Positions 54,694-64,000 of a DNA stretch of 64,000 bases are shown one piece after another. Position 1 is the first letter of the stretch, and the number at the start of each line of letters is the position of its first letter. The stretch lies in NCBI RefSeq assembly GCF_009914755.1, contig NC_060928.1; one strand, given 5' to 3'. Below the pieces are notes generated by a model that saw nothing but the letters and a program-made list of their open reading frames with translations, was not told the DNA's origin and ran no database searches. Both the position numbers and the translations under genes were made by a program. The stretch is from the human T2T-CHM13v2.0 reference genome, Homo sapiens.

Positions 54694-56842
54694 TTAGCAT
54701 TTTTTTGTCATGAGAACATTTGAAATTTACTCTCTTAGCAATTTTGAAATGTATGATACTGTTTGTTAACTATATTCACCACACTATGCAATAGATTTCA
54801 AAGAAACTTCCATATTCCTTCTGAGATTTTTGTACCTTGTTCATCATCTCCCTAACACCCTCACCCTCTAGCCTCTGTAACCACCAGTTTATTCTCTGGT
54901 TCTACGAGTTTGATTGTTTTAGATTCTTCATTTAAGTGAGAATATGCAGTATTATTTAAGATCATTTAATTAAGTTTTAGTATGTATAAAGTATTTGGCG
55001 TCAATGCCTACCTATTTCTATAGAATGAAACAGAACAAAACATTTCCCACCTGAACCACAACCTGCATGCTGGTGTTGTCTTCACTGCAGGTGGATTACG
55101 GAGCTATGGCCTACACACCTCAGTGCCTTTTGTAGGAAATCATGGCTAAGAGTCAATGCTTGGAATCAGGTGGACAGGCATCAAGTCCCATTTCCACCAC
55201 ACGTATCTGTGTGTCCTCAGTTAAGTTAACTGACCTCTGTCTGCCATAGTCAAAATTCCTAGTTATGTATATCAAAAACTATCTCCTGGTGTATATTACA
55301 GAATATTAGGAAGCTCAAGCATCTCAGGGACGGAGAAGGACTAAGGAAAGAGCCAAGAATAACATCCAGATTATACTACTGGTCCACTATGGAGCCCACT
55401 ACCCAGATTTCTGGGCGAAAGAAGATGGATGTGCTGCTCAAGGGCTGACTGGTAGAACGCCCAGCAGTGGCACCTCTGAAAATGCTGTATTCACCACACT
55501 CAAGTTTTCAAATCTGTAAAGCAGGTATAGTAAGAATATTTACCTCATGGGGTTATTATGCAGATTTGATAACACTGTGTATAGAAAGACCCCAGTATGG
55601 TGTTTGGCACTTAGTAAATGCTCAGTTAATGTTTCTGCTCCATTTCCTCCTTCATTTTCTTCTACCTTAACTTCTCATCTATTTTCATTTTTCTTCTTTT
55701 TTCTTTCTCTAACTTCTTCCTCCTCCTGTTTTTCTCACTTCTTCACTTCTCTTCCATCCCCTTTCTTCTTCCTCATTCCTTATTTCTCTTCCTAAGAGTT
55801 GGTAAGAGGCAGCGTATGACTATTCTGCCAATGGAAACCATTTTCCCTGTTTCTGTAACAGGGGGTGTCATGGGGTACAGCACCAAAGAGCTACTATTTA
55901 GTTGGATATTACCATAAGTTAATAAAGGCTCAATACCCCGCTTTCTCCTTTACTTCCCCCCTCCACTCCCAGTATTTACCCAGTGGCATCAAATCTGGAA
56001 TGGGCTATCTTCATATCAGAACCAGGAAAAATGGAAGGGAGTTACACCAGAAACCATAAACCCTATGTGAGGAGGGATTTTGTTTAACATCTTTTTTTGA
56101 GATCGAATTTACAAACATAAAATTTATCCTGAAAGTATATGATTTAGTAGTTTTTAGCATATTCAGTTTTGTGACTATCACACAAGTTTAGAACATTCCT
56201 CTCAACCCCAAGGAAACCCCATTCCTATTGGGCTGTCACTCCTCATTCCCCAACATGCAGCCCTAGGGAACTTCTAATCTACTTTCCGTCTCTATGGATT
56301 TGCCTAGTCTGGATATCTCATGTAAGTGGAATTATACAATATGTTACTTCTTGTGACTAGCTTCTTACACTTGGCATGTTTTTGAGGTACGTCCATGTTG
56401 TGGTATGCGTTAGCATTTCATTTTTTTTTTTGGCTCAATAATATTCCGCTGTGTGGGCATATCACATTTTGTTTATCCATTCATCAATTAAGGATATTTG
56501 GGTTGTTTCTGTTTATCAATTATTATGATAATGCCTTTATGAACCTTCATGTACATTTCTGTGTGAACATATGTTTTCATATCTCTTGGGTAGATATCCA
56601 GGAGTGGAATTTCCAGGTCATGTTCACTCTGCTTAACATTTTGAGGAATTGCCAGATTATTTTCTAAAGTAGCTGAGGGCAGGGATTTTTGTCTGGTTTG
56701 TTCATCGCTGATCCAGTGCTGACATATGGTAAACTTAAAACTATTTATTAAATAAATTGAATAAATGAATTAATAGTTGTCTGGTAAAAATATAATTTTT
56801 CCTTATATATGTAAGCATGCATAAATAAATATATACTATATA

Positions 56843-57551
<709 letters not shown>

Positions 57552-58063
57552 TGAGCATGAAACTTAAGTGAGATAAAATTGTATGTGGCAATACATGTAT
57601 ACCATAATACAGGGAACGTATTGAAGTGCTAAAAAACAAGAAAGTAATTTCTTTATTGTTATCTTCCTGTCTGTTGCTAGCTTGGTAGCTAGAAAACCAA
57701 GCTTAAAACATAAAATATGAGAAAATAATTTATGAATGAGAATCTGGATGAAGTTGTAATTTTAGTCAATTCACCATTCTCTCACTTTTGCCACCACATT
57801 TCTGTGCTTGAGCTTGCATGATGGTGTGCACAGTGATAAATTATTCTTATGTGATAGAAATTCCTTCTCCTGGGTGGAATATAGACATGCACAGAACAGA
57901 CACCTTGTCCAGAAGGTCTTTATATTCCTGGAACCCAGCCCACAGCCAGGTAAATAGCAGAGGCTCAACACAGGTTTTGAGTGTATAAATGAATGAATGA
58001 GTGAGCTTTTGTTACATGATTTTCGTGTTTATGTGCTATTTTCTTTTTTTGTAGATGGTTTTA

Positions 58064-58531
<468 letters not shown>

Positions 58532-58691
58532 TTATGGGTGTTTTTCATAAGCTTATTTGTAATTGTTTATATTTTATTACATTTAAAGTTCATTTCATTT
58601 AAAAATATTTAATTAAAAATAAAGATTGAATATATTCAAAGCATACAAGCTTACAACAATCAAATGAACACATCCATCACCACCCATGTTG

Positions 58692-58923
58692 TATATTAGA
58701 TTCTCTGAACTTATAACTGAAAGTTTGTACTTTTTGACCATTTCACCATTTCTGCTAACCCCAACTTCCTGACAATCAGCATTCTACTCTCTGCTATGAG
58801 TTTGGTTTATATTAGATTATCTGAACTTATAACTGAAAGTTTGTACTTTTTGACCATTTCTCCATTTCTGCTAACCCCAACTTCCTGACAATCAGCATTC
58901 TACTCTCTGCTATGAGTTTGGTT
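58692..58923. repeat. 116-bp tandem duplication within an old L1 fragment
   Basis: Copies start at 58692 and 58808; two mismatches seen. Confidence 0.92.
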
Positions 58924-59819
58924 TTCTCAGAGTCCACATATAAGTGCAATCATATAGTATTTGTCTTTCTGTGTCAGGCTTATTTCACTTAGCATAATGT
59001 CCTCCAGGTTCATCCAAATTGACACAAATGGCAGGATTTCCTTCTTTTTTATGGCTGAGTAATATTCTATTGTATATATGTACCACAATTTCTTTATCTA
59101 TTCATCCATTGGTGAATATGATGGATACTTAGGTTGATTTCATATCTTGGCTATTGTGAATAATGCTGTAATGAACATGAGGTTATTTTCCCATTACTTT
59201 TCAAAAAACCATGCATTACACTATTGATCTGGAAATGTATAATAAATGCATTTTTGAAAAGAAAAAAATTATTTCTAGGCTCTTGATGTTTTTGACAATC
59301 TAATTTAAAGAGCTGAGTTACTTTTTTCTACATGACTTTTAAAGATTGTAGCTTTAGAATATGTTTTAAAATAAAATAAATTAAAATGCTATTTCAGAAG
59401 AATATTTATCCATGTATGTATACAGGAGGAAAAAATTTAAAAAGGAAGAATATTTAAAGATAAGGCAAAATATGTATCATATAATGTGGAGTTAAAATCT
59501 TAGGATATAAATTCCTGGGAAAATGTATATATAATACACCAAAATATTAATATTAATGCCATTTATTTCTGAATTTTGAAGTTACAAGTAGTTGTATTTT
59601 TTCTTTGTACTCTTCTTATTTTTCAAAATTATATATAAGCACACAATTGCTATTATAACCTGAAAAATTATTTGTAGAGCTTATTACTTTTTACGAAGGA
59701 ATGTCTTTCTGAAATATACATTTGAACTTTGCTTTGATTACTAATTATTTAGTAAAATATTAATAAGCAGAATTTTACAATTTATTAGAGTAAGAAAAAT
59801 TTACTGTCAGGAAACAAAA

Positions 59820-60400
59820 CAAAATAACCAAGACATTCTTCAGTTGGTAAATGGATAAATTGTGGTACATCCAGACAAATGAATATTATTCAGTGCTAAA
59901 AACAAATGAGCTATTAAGCCATGAAAAGACATAAAGGAACCTTAAATGCATATTGCTAAGTGAACGAAGCCAATCTGAAAGGGTTACATACTGTATGATT
60001 CCAGCTGTATGACATTGTGGAAAAGGCAAAACTGCAGTGATAATAAACAAACAAACAACAATGGTTGTCTGAGGTTGAAGAGAGGACGTGATGAATGAGC
60101 AGTTAAACAATTCTGTATGATACTATAATAGTGTGTGGACATCACTCTACCTTTGTTGAAACCTCTAGAATGTACAATATCAAGAGTGAGCGCTAATGTA
60201 AACTATGGGCTTTGGGTGATAATGAGAAGTCAATGTTGGCTCATTGATATTAACAAATATACCCCTCTGGGTGGGATGTTGATAGTGGAGGAGACTGTGC
60301 ATGTGTAGGGAGAAGGGAGAATAGGAGAACATTCTGTATTTTCTGCTGGATTTTGCTGTAAACCTAAAGCTGCTCTAAAAAATGAAGTAAAATAAAAAAA
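59820..60400 (+). mobile_element. L1MC-like 3' fragment
   Basis: tgtggtacatcc...ctaagtgaa..aagccaatctg...aacctaaagctgctctaaaa motifs. Confidence 0.75.
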
Positions 60401-61279
60401 ATCAGTGAATGATATTCAGTATCCCTATTTTCAATGAATTATATTTGGGGCTTTCTTTTGGAATTTTTGTTTGCTTTTGTTTTTAACTTGCTCTGAAAAA
60501 TGCTGCATTGAGAAAGCATTGCACAGTTGCTTCTTAAATATTCAAGAATGTATTCCTCCCCTCAGCTGAGATATTTGACCTTCAGCCTCTTTGTGTTAGA
60601 ATATAAGAACGGAAAGTGTAATTGTCCTAGGAAATCAAGTAAACATCTTATTAGAAAATCTTTTGAGAAAATTTTGGCACAAGTTGGTGTTCTGGGTGTT
60701 TGAAATGCATATAAAGAATGGCTCATATATAAACTTTGTCCATGTGCTATGATGGGCTTAATTTGATATCAGAATGGGTTTTAAGAAATATATATATTCA
60801 GCATCTATTCACCCTATTTCTGGTGACGACACCCTGATTTTCCTCTGGAGAGCTACCTGTTGCTTTACTCTCAACCGATGTGGGCCTCCACCCCCAAGAT
60901 CAGGCCCACAGAAAGTGACACAGACCCAATCTAATTGGAGCACTCCAGTCCCTGGCCACAGTGATTGGCTCATAAATGGGCTCAATGACTGCTCATGGCA
61001 AGAAATATCTTAAGTGACTAGAATTAGGTGAGGTGTGTGTGTGTGTGTGTGTGTTTTGCAAAGTGTAGAAAAGCATGAATTCCAGAGCCCTATTGCATAG
61101 GTTTGAATCCCAGTTCCCCACTTCCACCACCAACCAGCTAGGTAAACTTGGAAAAGTCACTCTTCCTCTCTGGGCTTCAGGCTTCAGTCTCTTTCCTGTA
61201 AGATGGGGTCAGTACTACTTACCTCATGGGGTTCTTATGGGGATTGAACAAGTTAACCTTTGTGGAGCATGGCACGGTG

Positions 61280-62170
61280 TTTGTCTCAACATTTTCACTT
61301 GGATACATAACTGGCATCTTAAACTTGACATACCTCCAATGAATTCTCCTTTCATAGTCTTTCTCCACTTGGTAAACGACAACTCCATCCTTCCAGTTGC
61401 TCAAGCCAAAAATCTTGGAGTTGTCTCTGACTACTCTCATTGTCTCTTTACTCTATCGGCAAATCCGGTCTGTTGTACCTTTAAAATATATTCAGAATTT
61501 AATTGCATCTGCTGATGCCAACCCAGTGCAAGGCACCATCATCTCTTGTCAGGATTATGGCACCATGGCTTCCAAAATGGCCTCGTTGCTTCTGTCCCTG
61601 CCCCACTTCCGTTTCTGCTCAACAAACAGCCAGAGTGAGCCTGACAAAACACGTCGGGACATGTCACTCTTGTGCACCAGCGCCTGCCTATCTCCGGGTC
61701 CCAAACACACAATTAAATCTCTATCCTCATCTCCCACATATTTCCTCCTTGTTCTTCCTGTGCCATGCACCTGTTACTTGACCTCTGCTGTTCTCTGAAC
61801 ACACCAGGCTTGCTTCTGCCTTAGGGCCTTTGCAATTGCTCTTCTCTGTCTGGAGCCCTGTTCCCCCAGATTTCACCTCACCTTCTTCAGATTCTTACCC
61901 AAGTGCCACCTTCTGAGTGAGACCTTCCTTGGTCCTTTACCCAAAATTGCAACCTTCCCCCAAGTCTTTATCCTGTTCCCTGCTGAGTTTGTTTCTTAGC
62001 CCTCATCATCACCTCGCATGTGCTATGGTTTACTTATCTTGTCTATTATATGTCGATTCCCCTTTAAAACATAAGCTTCTGGCAACCGAATTTGTTTAAC
62101 AGCTATAAACCCAGTACTAAAATAGTTCATGGTGCTCAGTAAATATTTAATGCACAAATGGCTGAATAAG
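61280..62170 (-). mobile_element. L2 fragment
   Basis: aactccatccttccagttgctcaagccaaaaa and agggcctttgca.ttgct L2 motifs. Confidence 0.7.
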
Positions 62171-63034
62171 GGGATGGAAGTCAAAAGAATTGCATTACAG
62201 TGTGATACTCATCAACATACAGTTGTGCAGTGCCCTCTAAGCACCAGGGACTTGCTAGCCACTGAGGACGTACCTGAGACAAAGACTGTTTGGCATCCTT
62301 CTATAATCTAGTTGGGGATGGAGGTAGGGTGGCAAAACTGTCCCAAAAAATCAGGAAGTATAGGATGCATATGGTTATCCATGATACGAGCTTGTAATCC
62401 AGACATGAAGGCCTGTAAAAGATGTCTCAGATTTGGAGTGTCTAAACTGTCACCTGAAGGTTAAGGAAAAACAACTGGATGAGGGAGGTGGGGCAGTGGG
62501 AGAGCTGAAAAGTCACCAGATCTGTTAAGCTGCGGTCAGACCTAAGGGAGGATGTGGCTGAGAAGCTGACTTTTGATGAACTCCTGTCTTTACTCTGATG
62601 AAATAAACAAGGAAGCCTAGAATGAAGGGCAGGCAGCCCAAGTGAATTAAAAGCATTTTGAGGCATCTTGCCAAGTTCTATTTACTCTTATTTCATTAAA
62701 AATACAGAAAGAGTAGTAAATACAAGATTCAGCCTTGCTCGGTTTCAGGATGTGGGAGGAGAAATCATGCAGCTGTCTTACATGAATCTGCTAGAAAGAA
62801 GCAGGTCACAGGTGTGATCTGTGTGGCATCAACGAGCATGCTTTTCTGTTGTTTTTGACATTCAGCATTTATCTATTCTTCTTTTCGTGATGGTATCCTG
62901 ACTTGAGGAGGCACAAAACATATTGAGGAGACAAAGACCTCCCTAAAAAAAAAAAAAAAAAAAAAAAGACCTCCCTAAAAAAAAAACAGGTTAACCCTGA
63001 GCTTCCTGGTGACACTCAAAGCCTTCTGACCAGA

Positions 63035-63938
<904 letters not shown>

Positions 63939-64000
63939 TTAATTTTTTTTTTATTTTTAGTAGAGATGGAATTTCACCATGTTGGCCAGGCTGGTCTCGA

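Overview
Primate, almost certainly human, genomic DNA from the BST1 (CD157, ADP-ribosyl cyclase 2) locus. It runs from intron 1 through coding exons 2-9 and the 3' UTR on the + strand, then ~35 kb of repeat-rich downstream DNA (towards CD38 on 4p15, from recalled synteny; no CD38 exon was recognised). All eight canonical exons were spliced by hand with GT-AG boundaries and consistent phases. A 45-nt in-frame cassette exon (exon 1b) lies at 1075-1119. The window also holds three processed pseudogenes (RPL10A antisense in intron 8, PFDN1, HMGN2), many Alu/L1/LTR elements with visible target-site duplications, and two minisatellites. Most of the supplied ORFs are spurious or Alu-derived. Best leads: (1) a degenerate copy of BST1 exon 9 in intron 8 that lacks the GPI-signal coding part; (2) two candidate downstream exons that would also give a GPI-less CD157; (3) a splice-donor/UG-repeat minisatellite just upstream of exon 1b; (4) His instead of Arg at codon 125; (5) an antisense LTR12 aimed at the BST1 3' end; (6) a nested inverted duplication with a 41-bp-stem hairpin at 36.8-38.2 kb. 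No CRISPR-like or other prokaryotic system is present. Repeat subfamily names and database recollections are from memory and unverified.
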